DNA from: Takakia lepidozioides | Lineage: Eukaryota > Plantae > Bryophyta | Assembly (NCBI GenBank): GCA_030704615.1 | Contig: CM060732.1 | Coordinates: forward strand, 67,828,001-67,892,000 | DNA: 64,000 nt | Direction: 5' to 3' | Part shown: one piece after another, positions 52,401-64,000 of the stretch | Numbering within the stretch: position 1 is the first letter of the stretch | Layout: every line of letters starts with the position of its first letter | Position numbers and translations under genes: made by a program | Notes under the pieces: model-generated | Seen by the model: only the letters and a program-made list of their open reading frames with translations | Databases searched by the model: none | Told to the model about the DNA's origin: nothing

Positions 52401-55400
52401 TGGTTAGATGATGCTCTTTATTAGTGTGCTGTGTGACAGTCTCAAAGTGAAAGGTATTGTGCAATCTTTGATAGAATAATCATCAGAACTTTGTTGCTTG
52501 GTCAAGAAACCCTAAAATCTTGCTAGACCCTAACAGCAGCTTTCAGCTGTTATTAGGACCTTTTCCCTCTCAATTTTCCAGGCTCCCTTGGACTGTCTGC
52601 TACAGATTCTCTCTACACATCAGTGCAAAATTCCAAGTTGTGGTTGCTTGGGATGCCAAGGGTGTTTGTGTGCGGCTGGCTGTCTGTCTGTCCATCTTTC
52701 TTGAAAGCTTTACAAGCTAGATTCATTTTTTAAATCTTCCCGCTCAAACTGGGCGCGGGGTCAATGGTCACAAGGCTATGGCAAACAACGTCTTATGAGT
52801 ACATTCATTTTTTAAAGTATAATTGGTATATATCTGAAGAGTTAACTTTTGTTTTTGAATGCTTATCAAGCTAGATTCATATTTGAAAGTGTAATTGGTA
52901 GATTTCTGAAGAGTTAACATTTGTCAAGTGGGTGGATGTGAAGTGGGGATCACACAGTGAAGATAATTTGCTGCCGAACAGGCTATTGTCTGAAAGTCCT
53001 CGTTGGGCACCGTCGAACTCCATGGGTGGTGCGAGTCCCTCCCCACAATCTTTGATTTGGGTTGAAGATCTAGGGTTGTGTCCCTGTCTGGATATGCCAG
53101 ATATGTATCTAGCTGTTAAGATTTGACAAGTGAGCTTGAATTTTCCGTGGGGGTCCTTACCTCTGAGGTGTTTGTCTGTGTCCTGCAAGCTTCCTGTGAA
53201 CGTTACGAGTTCCTTTCTTTCTTTCTTCTGGGCTGCTTTTGGTTTTGTCTCTTCCTGTTTTCCCTTTTGTCCCATAAGCTCTTTCAGCTTTCTGCGGACG
53301 TTAATAAAGTACCATTTCATTTTATTTCTTCCTGAGGATCAGAAATGCTTGGCAGCTTATCTGCACTAAGCTTCGATCCCTTGAGCAGTAGTTTCTTTTG
53401 GGCTGCTTCTGGCTTCACTCTGTCTTTTATTCTTTCTTGTTTCTTGCTTTCCTTTTGTCCAATAAGCTCTTCGAGCTTTCTGCGTCCATTATAAAGTTCC
53501 ATTTCATTTCTTTTCTTTGCTTTCTTTTGCTTTCTTCCTCCTCCCTTGCTCTCTCCCCTTGTCCTCTCACTATTGCTTCCTCTTTAATCACAAAATTTAC
53601 TATGCCAGTCATCAAGGACCCAAACATGCTCTGTGTCTTGAGTGCTAGCCAACGCCATGGCCGAGTTCTGCTGTTGTGTCTGTAGCTGTTATTGTGGCTC
53701 CATCTGTGAGTAGTTGTGTAGACCCATGCCTCTGTTTATGAGAAAGCCATTTATAAAATAAACCATATCCACTGCCCGGAGCTAGTCCTAGGGAAATGAA
53801 AATAAAAGGATGGTCTGTTATACTAGAGAGAATCCTTGGCCCTAGGACTTGATGGCCCTTTAGTAGAGAGCGGCGTATGTGACCAGGGATGGCCCTTTGT
53901 CACTTTCCTCAACTTATTATTCAAGGAGTCTCAATGGCTGGCTTGCATTGTGTGCAGGTGAGGTTTCATCCTAGCAGGTCAAAGGTGCTTGCCAGTGGGA
54001 GCCTTGATAATGAAGTCCGGTTATGGGATGCCAATACGGCAGAATGCACTGGCTCTCGCGACTTCTGTAATATTCACGACCCTCAGTGTTTCAGTTGTTA
54101 TGAAATGATGTCTTTCAAGTCTTCTTTCTCAGGCCACTGACCACATGTCTTACCAACTCTTGGGCACATGGTTGTTCATTCACATACTGTCAAACACTTC
54201 ATATGCATCCTTGATTCTCCCACATTTGGCATACATGTCCACAAGGACTGTGTCCAGAATGACTATTTGGTACAAATTCCGGCCTTCATGATGTCAGCAT
54301 GGAACCCTTTTCTCTTTTTCAGGGCTGTTGTGCTAGCACACACCTTGCAAATGGGACACACATGACCTTTTGGGCTTTACCCCTTCCTGCATCATTTGCC
54401 CACAGGTTTCCAAAGCCTCCATCCACACCCATGCCATGCATATCCTGTGATTATTGTATTCCATGATGTTGTTAAGCCATATTGTTGAACAATCCCTTGG
54501 CATCACTGATACTCCCACATTTGGCATGCATGTCGGTGAGGGTAGTGCCAAAGATGATATTTGGCACAATCTGAACTTTAGGATGTCATCATAGATGTCT
54601 TTGCTCCTGAAAGTCTGGCACATGGGAGAGCAGTGATCAACATGACCTGGTTGGGTGGCAACCCTTCCCAGATCATTTGCTCATAGGACCTCCAGAGCTG
54701 CCATCCCAGCTCTCATATCCTGCAATCATCACACTCCCTTGGAACTTTCACACCCAAGCCAGCGTGTTGGGTCCTCTCCATGTCTGCAGGTATTGCAATT
54801 AAGTATTATTGCTTTCCCCTTCAAGGCTGAGTGGACTGTTTTGTTCAGTTATAGTAAAACACTTCTTCCACTGCTTCTCCTTGCCTCTTTTCAATCTTTG
54901 GACGTTTGTCCTTAGCTGCATTGAGCTTCTCCAATGCATCATAAACCATTGCAGGTTTCTTGTAGCTATCAAATCCTTAGGCCCTTGTAGGTACTCTTTT
55001 GCTTGACAGTTGGTGCTGGATCTTTTTGCCTTGATTTCCCCCCATTAACTTCACAAGAAAATATTCCTTCCAAACTTTCTCCTTGTCTGTATTTTGACTT
55101 TTTGGATATTTGGGTATGTGGCCTCCTTGCCCATCATCCTGTCCATGTTGTTCCTCCTCTATGGTCTCACAATCTGCTTGATGCTGTTTGCAGCAAATCT
55201 CAATGCAATGTGGTTTTGGCAATGCATAAGGGTCCCAAACAGAGTGTACAGCCGGACACATTTTTTAAGAGCGAGAACAGGGCCAATCTTGAAAGTAGTG
55301 TAGGATTGGGAATGCTACCGAGGGAACCCCGAGGTGTTACAGGAACATGTGGAGGAAGCCGTACTTTGTATGCCATGGCTAATCCTCAAACTTCGCAACC

Positions 55401-58400
55401 TATGCTGCAGCCCTCCAGTATATAGGGTTCCAGTGTGGAGGTTTCCAAGCTCTTGTCCTCCACCATGTTAGGTCGGATCTTCTTACAATACAAAGATGCT
55501 TGCTTTCTCTCTCCCTTTGTGTTCCGCTCAAACTGGGCACGGGGTCAATGGCCACAAGGCTACGGCAAACAACGTCTTATGAGTACATTCTCTCTCAAAC
55601 AATGTCTTATGAGTACATTCTAAAGTACCATTTCACGTCAATGTCCCATGAGCATACTCTCTCTCTCTCTCTCTCCCTTTCCGCTCAAACTGGGCGCGGG
55701 GTCAATGGCCACAAGGCTATGGCAAACAACGTCTTATGAGTACATTTCTCTCTCTCTCTCTACCAGCCAAGAGGTTGAACCGAACGCCCTGGCCATGTTG
55801 GGGTGCTGGGTAACTCACACACAGCAGATTGATGCTTGTGTGAAGGGCTTTCTAGAGGAAATGGAAAGCCCGAACTGATTGTTTATATCAAGGTGAGTCC
55901 CACTACTGGAGTGAGCCCCTCACAAAGGTAGTGTCTGTCACCTCTCTATTTCGACCCAAATGGGCGGGGGGCTATGGCCACAAGGCTATGGCAAACATCT
56001 TATGAGTGCATTCTCTTCTGGCAAACAATGTCTTCTGAGTACATTCTCTCTCTCTTTATTCTGAAGGATGTTATAAAGTTTTTCTTTCTTCCAAAAATGC
56101 TTGGCAGTTTACCTGCACGAAGCGTTGACTCTTAGACGATCCCTTCACCTATGGTTGCTTTTGGGCTGCTTTTGGCCCCTCTCTTTCATGTTTCTTTCTT
56201 CCTCTTGTCCCATAAGTTCTCTGAGCTTCCCAAGGACGTTAGAAAGTACCATTTCATTTCTGTGGTTGCCATGGGAAACAATTTGCAGAAAGACACTCCC
56301 ATTGACTAGTAGCTGTGAACAAACCTCATCGCTGCAGGGAAAAGGTTGTGTATTGCTATGTATGTTGTAACCATGATATGAACACAATGGAACCTGATCA
56401 ACTCTTCAGAAAGGGATTTGTTACAAGCATGATAACAAATATATACAGAGGATTTGGGCTCTTCTTATCCCCTTTATTCCTTTTTAACACCGCCTAATGA
56501 GGCAGGGCCATACTTTCTCTTCACAGTGGCATTCACAAGCTCACTTTGGGACAGGTCTGTATCATAGGTCTAAGAACCAACACTCAAATTTTTTGTCAAG
56601 TTGGAGGCTGCACTATCTGGAGGAAGTATTCCCAGGCACTCGTCCCATGGATGGTATAAATCAGCTTTCTTTCTTTCTTTCTTTCTGGACCGTCATGACC
56701 GCCTTCGTAGTGTATTGACCATTTTCTCTGACACTCACCTTGGGCTGTCGATATTATTGAGGCCCTTCTTGTGGTTGGTTTTGCAGATCGGCCAATAGCG
56801 TCACTCGCCTTCCATGCTCAAGGAGATTTGCTTGCCGTTGCCTCTGGGCATAAGGTGCAAGGTCTTTCTCCTCAAACAGACATGAAGCTCAATACTTGCA
56901 ACAACTTTCCTTTGAAACCTGGGGGGCATACACCTTGCCTACCCAGAGTGCTTGACCGAAGAGCGATCAAGATAGTTTTATTCTTTCTTACTTTTGAACT
57001 AGTTTCAGACTGCTGCAGGTGACCCACTTGGTTATGTTAAACATGATCATGCAGACAGTTTTTAATAGTGGTCAATGCAGTGGGTAATTGATTAGGTGAA
57101 AGGGTGTCAAGGTTTTCTTTGGTGGTGGGGTTGGGGTGCTTGTGCACGCAGCTGTATATATGGCAGTACACCAAAGAAGGAGAATCTGCCTCCCCTAGTA
57201 TCGTACTCCGCACTCGCCGCTCTCTACGTGCTGTTCATTTCCACCCGCATGCTGCTCCTTTTTTGCTAACTGCCGAGGTAAGAAACACCTGAAGTTTTCC
57301 GCATCTCTTCTTTCATGTTCTCATGCGTCTTGTCTTCTTTAGTTCTGACTTGGAGCCTGCCTGTAGGTGAATGATCTGGACTCGCCCGATTGCCCTATGA
57401 CTATTGCCACTTCACAAGGCTATCGACACGGCCCAACTCCAACCATCCATTCTGCTCTGTCGGGATCAGCTGCTCCACAGTCAAATCCAACTCTTGTAAC
57501 ACCACAATTCTTCGTGCCCTTTCCTAATTGGTTTTGGCCAGCCGTATCTAATGCTGGTGATGACTTGGGGGTGTCTCACCCAGACCCAACAGCCCCTATG
57601 GATACAGACGTTGCAGAGGATAGAGGTAGCACAATACAGGTAAGTAGGTCTCAACAGTTGCAACAGGAACTTGAGTGCCCTGAGTCTTTGTCTCCAGCAC
57701 CCATGGATATTTCACCAGCTCCCTCCTATGTGGATGCCACTTTGTCGATGACCACAAGTGGGGTTACAACAAGTGGCAGGGGGCCAATTGTAGGTGATAC
57801 TGGGTGGGTTAGCGACACAAGAAATGTGGAGGATTCTGAGAGCACGGTGATATTGCAAGAGGGGCATGCTTTTGGTGGGGACCAAGGTAGTAGTCCAACA
57901 GTTGTAGGTGCACCCTGGGGTGCTGTTGACCCTGTCCCGCAGCAACTGTCTGCTCCAAACACTACACGCAGCCACAGCTTAAGTTCTTCTGACAGCATCC
58001 CATCAAGGGTTCCAGTCATTCCTGTTGCTCGGCGACAAGGGGAATCTGGGGTTGCTGGACCAGGGCCTGGAGTTTGGCCCATACATGCCTTCCCAAATCT
58101 CCATTCTGAAGCGCTCACAGAGGGTGGGATAGCAGACCTCCAGCAGTTTCTACCCGGAGGAGATTATACAGGTTTGGACCTGCCTTTTTTGCATGGTTGG
58201 GTTCAGGGCCAACAAGCTCAAGGTGGCATTGGTCCATCTGCCTTATTGGCAACTGAGCAACCCCCTGCTGCATTGGATCCTCTTTCCAATGATGTGAGAG
58301 AGTCTCAACAACCTTTGCAGCAGCAACAAAATGCAGCTGTTGCTGTGGCATCTGTGGCTGTGGCAGCAGCAATGGCCGCAGCAAGGGTGGCTGCCAGAGG

Positions 58401-61400
58401 AGCTGGTGGGGTGGGCGCCACGAGTGCGGGGTTGGCACCAGTTATTGGTGTAGGTGAGTGATATCTGCTGCGATGTTGACTGTTAGTATCCCTCACAAAT
58501 ATATCTGGAACTAGAGTAATTGTCCAATTGTTTCCTGGTGGTGCTATCTCTCAAGACTCCATTCACTTCGCATTGCTGCCTGTCTCCTTGCCATTGACCC
58601 TTAACCATCATACCCTGATTGCTTGTAGCCTGTTATATAAATGATGTTGTAGGTCAATTATCATCTGACAACTCAATTTCCTTCAAACTTAGTGCCGTTC
58701 ATTTGGGAGAGGAGGCTCAACACTCCAGCAGTTTAAGCATGAATTAAGACGTTGAAAGAGATTGCACTGTAAGCACCCAAGCCAGCATCTTGCTAGGTTG
58801 GTTAGAGTCGTTGGGAACACAAGAGTGATGTGCTTCTCTTCTTTATGTAGGGCATGTTTGTGTGATGTCTGCTGGTGACAATCCCCAATGCAACATCTCT
58901 TTTATGATGCCAATGCTCTTCTTTCTCATGACAGTCTTATTCTCGGCAATTGATATAAAAACACTATGCCGTAACAACAATCTTGTCAGCAGTGGAGACA
59001 GACAGACCTTTCTTTACTATAGATGATGCAGAGATGTGTGTTGCTTGTGTCCAATTTCAATGTTAGGACCTGGGATGCGACTGAATGCAACTGAGGGCAT
59101 CCCCATTCCAGGAAGGGGGGGACTGACAGCCCTAAACATAGGCACCGCTGAGGCTGCGGCTGCCGCGGCGGCAGCAGAACTTCCCTGTACAGTTAAGCTG
59201 AGGATATGGCCTCATGACATCAAGCGTCCCAGTGCTCTGCTTGACCAACAGACGTGTCGCCTTACCATTCCTCATGCAGTCTTGTGCAGGTGAGCTCCAA
59301 GGAATGGAGGTCCCCAGTCTTCTTTTTTGTTTCGAGATGGTTTGATTTGAACCTGTCATATTGGTTCTAACCCACAGTTTTATATTTGTCAGGGGTTTAT
59401 TCTCTGGTGCTGGATGTGGGCACTTTGAATGTGCTAGCTACAAATAAGAAAACTGGTCAGTTAATCAACATGAAGTGATCAAGTGATAATGTTCACATTA
59501 TCAGTCTGGGCATGTCCAGGTGCCGATTTAATTCTACAAAAGCTGGCATTCTTGCTGGCTACAGTGTCAGTTGACAATGTTCATAGAAAGGGGTGTCTAG
59601 TAGGAGATCAACAGGAGCTGACTTTCTGTCCTCTGTCAGCCAAGTCAAGACCAGCTGTGCAGCACACTCTTGACTTGATTGTAATGAGCTGAAATGTAGG
59701 TCATGTTATAGCAGGTTCTATCCTTTCTTTGAGAGAAAAAATATGCTTTTGGATGATTGCTGGCTGATATTAACAAGACCTGTTTTTTGGATGGACATTG
59801 ACAGTGAAATGGGTGCTCATTTCTCACCGTGCGGGCGTTTCCTGGCTGCCTGTGTTGCCTGTGTGGTACCACCTCTTGACCCAGAGACATCCGGGAATGG
59901 ATCCCGTGCCAGTGTGAATGGATCACCAAATGCTGGAACATCAGTTCAATCCCCCACCCAACACCCTATCTCAGCTCAACAAGTCATCTATGAGCTTCGC
60001 GTCTACTCTTTGGAAGAGGCCACGTAAGAAACTGATATTCTATTATATCCTTGTTCTGCATGTCTGGCATTCCTGTTTCTTGTTTGCATCAATGTTGTTT
60101 CATCTCAAATTGTAAAAGCTGAAAAGCTTCTGTGAGAGTTCTGCATCCAATTTGCACTGAATACTTAGAGATTTTCTTCTTGTAGCATGTGAGCAGTTTC
60201 TGATGGAGCATTCTTCTGGATAAACTCTAACGACTTTCAATCCCACGTCCTTGGAATAAAATAACATAGAATAATACACATTAGTAATAGTATTCTGTTG
60301 CAACTACACTTAAGATGATGCAGATGAGGGTCAATGTCTATGTCAAGATATATGTAATTGATACATGTGCTACTGATTGGTAGTATGAAATTTCTTTGTC
60401 GTTGGATGTTTCAGATTTGGGCAAGTTCTTGCTTCAAGAGCTGTGCGCGCCGCACACTGCCTTACTTCTATACAGGTTTGTTCTGACTCTGTGGTAACCT
60501 CCACTGCAGCCAACAACCTTGTTATGAGGAGGGAAACAAGACAAGAGTTGTCAGAGGGATACCTCTAAGTTGTGAAGAAGTCGATTATGGCTAGTGTTGG
60601 GTCTGCCTAAGAGTCAACGTCCGCTCTGCAGGTGCGACAAGTCAAATTTTAGGATCCATCAATGTGTGGATCAATTATAATCTCATGTGTCTACCCGACC
60701 TGGGTTAGGTGCCTGATGCAGCAGTAACCTTGCACCCAGAGTCACACGTGTTCCTTGCCATCCCAGAACTCTGGTACACTGTCTCTTAGTGGAAATCTGT
60801 AGCAACCTGATCCAAGCATTGAAAACTCCAACTAGACACAACCTGTGTGTCCTATATGGTGTAGGTGACACTAAGATCTATGTAGGAAGAGTCTGTTGTT
60901 GAAGCCCAACATATGAGAGAGGGAGAGAGAATGTACTCATAAGATGTTGTTTGCCATAGCCTTGTGGCCATTGACCGGGCACCCAGATTGAGCCGAACAC
61001 GAGGGGACCGAAACTGCTTTTGTCAGGGGCTGACGCCAGTAGTATGACTTACCTTGGAACAGGCATTTGATCCAAGTTTTCCAGATATTCTCTAGAAATC
61101 CCTTCTGCTGTCTGTGATGTACCCAATAACTAGACCCCAAAAGGGCCTGGGCTTTTCACTCAGCCTCGAGATTTTCAAACTTGGTAAACAGAGGTACAGG
61201 AACAAATCCCTTGATGGATTTGAAGAGGGTGTCTCTCTGGTGAGAGTACCTAGGACAATGAATCAGAAAGTGGATATTCTCTTCAGGGGTTCCCACCCAA
61301 TGGGCATTTGCAATCCCCCTTTCCTCTCTGCATCTGTTTGCTTTTCAAAGGTGGGCGGGAATGGCCTCCCCCATGTCAGACTTGAAACAAGTTCAGGGAA

Positions 61401-61496
61401 GTTTTCTGCCTAACTTTGTTTCATCAGACAATTTCCTGGGAACGACATGGCTTTGGACACTGCAGCCTCTAAGTCAGATTTATCCAGCAGGAGAGA

Positions 61497-61553
<57 letters not shown>

Positions 61554-63094
61554 GTCTGGATTAGTCAGCTCTCTGGAGTCTGAATTGACTTGTTTTTGCT
61601 GGACAGTTTTCACCCACTTCAGGCCATGTACTGCTAGCGTATGGACGAAGACATAACTCTCTGTTAAGGAGCCTTGTTGTCGACGGCACCACCACCATTC
61701 CCATTTATACCATTCTTGAGGTTTACCCTCGTTTCCTGATTGAAATTTCTAAATGTGGATTGCACCATTTCCTTTTTCCTGTCACTATTGTACCCTTACT
61801 CGGGGTTTGTTCATGTAAGTTGCTAAGGTTTGCACTATTTCTGACATGCTTGGGCAGGTATACAGAGTGTCGGATATGGAGTTGGTTAAAGTATTGCCCA
61901 GTGCTGAAGATGAGGTCAATGTGGCCTGCTTTCATCCATGTGTCGGAGGCGGTCTCGTGTATGGCACCAAGGTAACACACTATAGGCAGATTCTATTCCT
62001 TGAAGATCCATTAGTAATATATTAATTTTGGAGCTTTCCTCAGAAGAGCTGTATCCTGCTGGAGGTATTCATCAGGAATTTTTTAGCTAGATGAATGAAG
62101 GATGTACTCTACAAAAAGTTCTTATCATACTCGTTGGGGCACAAGGTCACTTTACAAGCGGTCATGTGTTCAAAGCCACAGGTGTGTATGTTGGGTGTCA
62201 CCCATACTAGCCAACCCAGTAATAAAAACAGGGGTCGTTGGGTCAACCCGTCTTTGGAGTCCTTGGGGGAGATTTGGGCAACCGTGTTGCCCTTGCCCCA
62301 GTTACGGCTGGTATAAGGTGTCCACCTTCTCAACAGAAGGCTGTAGTCCCTTTCAGGGTGAAGTGACACCATAATACTTTGGTGGGAGTCAAACTTTTCA
62401 CTTTTTTTTGGTCAGACTGAAAAGACAGGCCTTACCATGTGAGTGTAGTACCTACCTTCGAGTAGAATCTGTATGTGAGGGTCTGTCACGTTTAATCATC
62501 AGTAAAAAGGAAGAGACACTAGTAATCCTTATCAACATCTTTCTCTTGTATTAACTAATTTGACGTGGAGTTGTTGACTGGTGGGTGGATTGGGTATCCT
62601 AATACAGGAAGGGAAGCTGAGGATTCTAAGGCACGATCGAACACCTCGACATCTGCACGCCCATCAAGGCCTTGAAGATGATCTTCTTCAGGTACATTGT
62701 CGATTCTTTTCATGCTTGACTTTACAGTCTAATATGTCATGATGGCTACAGAAGGAGTAGGTGAACCATTTCAGCCTGTTTAAATGTCAGAGGCCCTTTT
62801 CCAATACTTCTTACTTGCTGGGTTCACACGAGGGTGCAGAGTAAGGGTGTGTCCACCCCGGCCCAGCCTCAGAAACATCAATCAGGAAGATTGCAGCTTA
62901 ATGGGGGCATGCTCTAGAGCCTATGCTACTCTGTTGCTGGACATTTCTCATTAGCTGATCCAGAGTTTCTTTGAATCAAACGAACAAGTTGAAAGGTTCA
63001 CATCTAATGCTGGTTTTTTCGCATTATCTAGCAGGCGGAGACATCGGACCCCCTAAGCTTTGGCATGGTTCCAGACATTGATGAGCCCTTTTGA
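49484..63094 (+). CDS. AMBRA1: AMBRA1/DCAF3-like WD40 protein (At1g04140/At5g43930 family), ~912 aa
   Basis: 15 phase-consistent exons: 49484-49599, 50089-50244, 52198-52314, 52944-53028, 53958-54066, 56787-56854, 57152-57277, 57367-58453, 59067-59289, 59805-60023, 60415-60475, 61607-61720, 61858-61971, 62608-62691, 63035-63094. Motifs RSTIAAAFSPDG, STHGDHTVK, GHRRTPWVVRFHP, ELPCTVKLRIW, SEMGAHFSPCGR, AAHCLTSIQFSP, YGTKEGKLR. Confidence 0.95.
51245..51690. repeat. Degenerate ~65-85-bp tandem repeat with palindromic core
   Basis: About six units of TTTTCCC.TCTTAGGACTC...GAGTCCTAAGGGCAATTATAAATAATAATTTATAT. The first unit has a perfect 17-bp stem with a 3-nt loop (51265-51301). Confidence 0.9.
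51700..52030 (+). mobile_element. Two head-to-tail 5'-truncated LINE 3' ends
   Basis: Both match the end of the 779-4080 element and finish ATGAGTACAT followed by TC-rich sequence. Confidence 0.9.
52733..52806 (+). mobile_element. 5'-truncated LINE 3' end
   Basis: CGCTCAAACTGGGCGCGGGGTCAATGGTCACAAGGCTATGGCAAACAACGTCTTATGAGTACATTC matches ~4015-4080. Confidence 0.92.
54165..54740 (-). pseudogene. Decayed PLS-PPR gene fragment inside AMBRA1-like intron 5
   Basis: The minus strand gives frameshifted P-L-S pieces: TDMHAKCGSI, SWNTIITGYAWHGCGWEALE...QMMQEGVKP, LVDMYAKCGRIKDAYEVFDSM. These closely resemble the 7.6-10 kb gene. Confidence 0.88.
55505..56055 (+). mobile_element. Tandem array of about six LINE 3'-end fragments separated by (TC)n
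   Basis: Repeated ATGAGTACATTCTCTC-like termini at ~55580, 55610, 55650, 55740, 56005 and 56040. Confidence 0.9.
60931..61490 (-). mobile_element. 5'-truncated LINE copy (~560 bp) inside a TC microsatellite
   Basis: The reverse complement matches ~3451-4078 with internal deletions, and GA repeats lie on both sides (60915-60930 and 61491-61550). Confidence 0.93.
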
Positions 63095-64000
63095 CAGTGC
63101 CTTCGACTGCCATGTGCATAAACCATCATTGAGCATTCGAGTGAGTAGACTGGCACTCAAGTCATTGTGTCAGGCTTGTTTCCACTATGGGTAATTTCTG
63201 TACTGCATCTCTCCAGAGGGGATTGTATGGATCCAATTTACGCCCAGTTTACTACATGTGACGCGACAAGAGGTAAACAACAAAACATGAGAACGTATTA
63301 GATGAGGCAGTTTGAACTTCACAGTTTTGACCTACACCAGAGTTTTTCAAAATGCATTGAGCAATGTATTCACAGAGTGGGTTTCGGTAAACCAAAACTC
63401 AAATCCAATGTTGCCTACATGAGGGCTTTCAACATCCCCCCAAGGTAACTGAAGGAAATGTAGAGTCTCAAGAGTTTCTTCGCACCATTTTCCACTAAAA
63501 TGAATGAGTTCAGTGCATCGAAAGGGAAGAGTGGGGAGAGGAGGTGAACTCTTTGTATGAATGTCCATCAGTCCACGCACTTCAGGCTGAAGTTATCTAG
63601 GGGCCATCAAGGAGAACAATCTAATGTATCCATTGGGCCAATCTTCATGCCTTTGTACCCATGAGCATAACCATTCTGGTGTTTCGCTGGGATTGCAGAT
63701 TAGGCATAGATTTGGCAAAACAGATAATACTTTCCTGAACTGTATGATGTTCTCCCAAACCTAAATGGCCACATGTAGGCATATTCCCTGAGAGAGAACT
63801 CCTGGCCTTTGTGGTGTGCACTAAATGTAGTACATGACATGCAAGTTCACTTGTACTCTGTCTAATCCACATATAGGGCAACCAAAGCTCCAACCATGAT
63901 GACTTCTTTTCCTTATCCAACACCATGTCCATTCACTCACTTGGTTGGGAGTTTCTGCCTTGCCTGGGCATACCAGGGTGATCCCGGGTTCAACCATTCA

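Overview
Eukaryotic nuclear DNA from a seedless land plant (bryophyte or lycophyte grade; inferred from a moss-like PLS-DYW editing factor and a centriole-type gene). In order: (1) a decayed APE-type LINE at about 0.8-4.1 kb, whose 3' end recurs as many 5'-truncated copies next to (TC)n microsatellites; (2) a possible UDP-glycosyltransferase remnant; (3) an intact PLS-PPR-DYW C-to-U RNA-editing factor that can be spliced in frame to an upstream exon encoding part of an OSB-type 'PDF' ssDNA-binding motif; (4) an inverted, intron-retaining pseudogene copy of the At1g01500-like gene; (5) a 3/3 phytoglobin that needs an extra upstream exon resembling a plastid transit peptide; (6) a cluster of DNA-transposon remnants at 15-20 kb; (7) the intact At1g01500-like gene; (8) a 16-exon, ~1,886-aa minus-strand gene whose N-terminus resembles the centriolar protein CEP295/Ana1; (9) a P4H9-like prolyl 4-hydroxylase; (10) a divergently transcribed AMBRA1-like WD40 gene whose introns hold LINE tails, a PPR fragment and a palindromic tandem repeat. 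All gene models were assembled by hand from GT-AG sites and reading phase. Homology calls come from remembered family motifs, not database searches.
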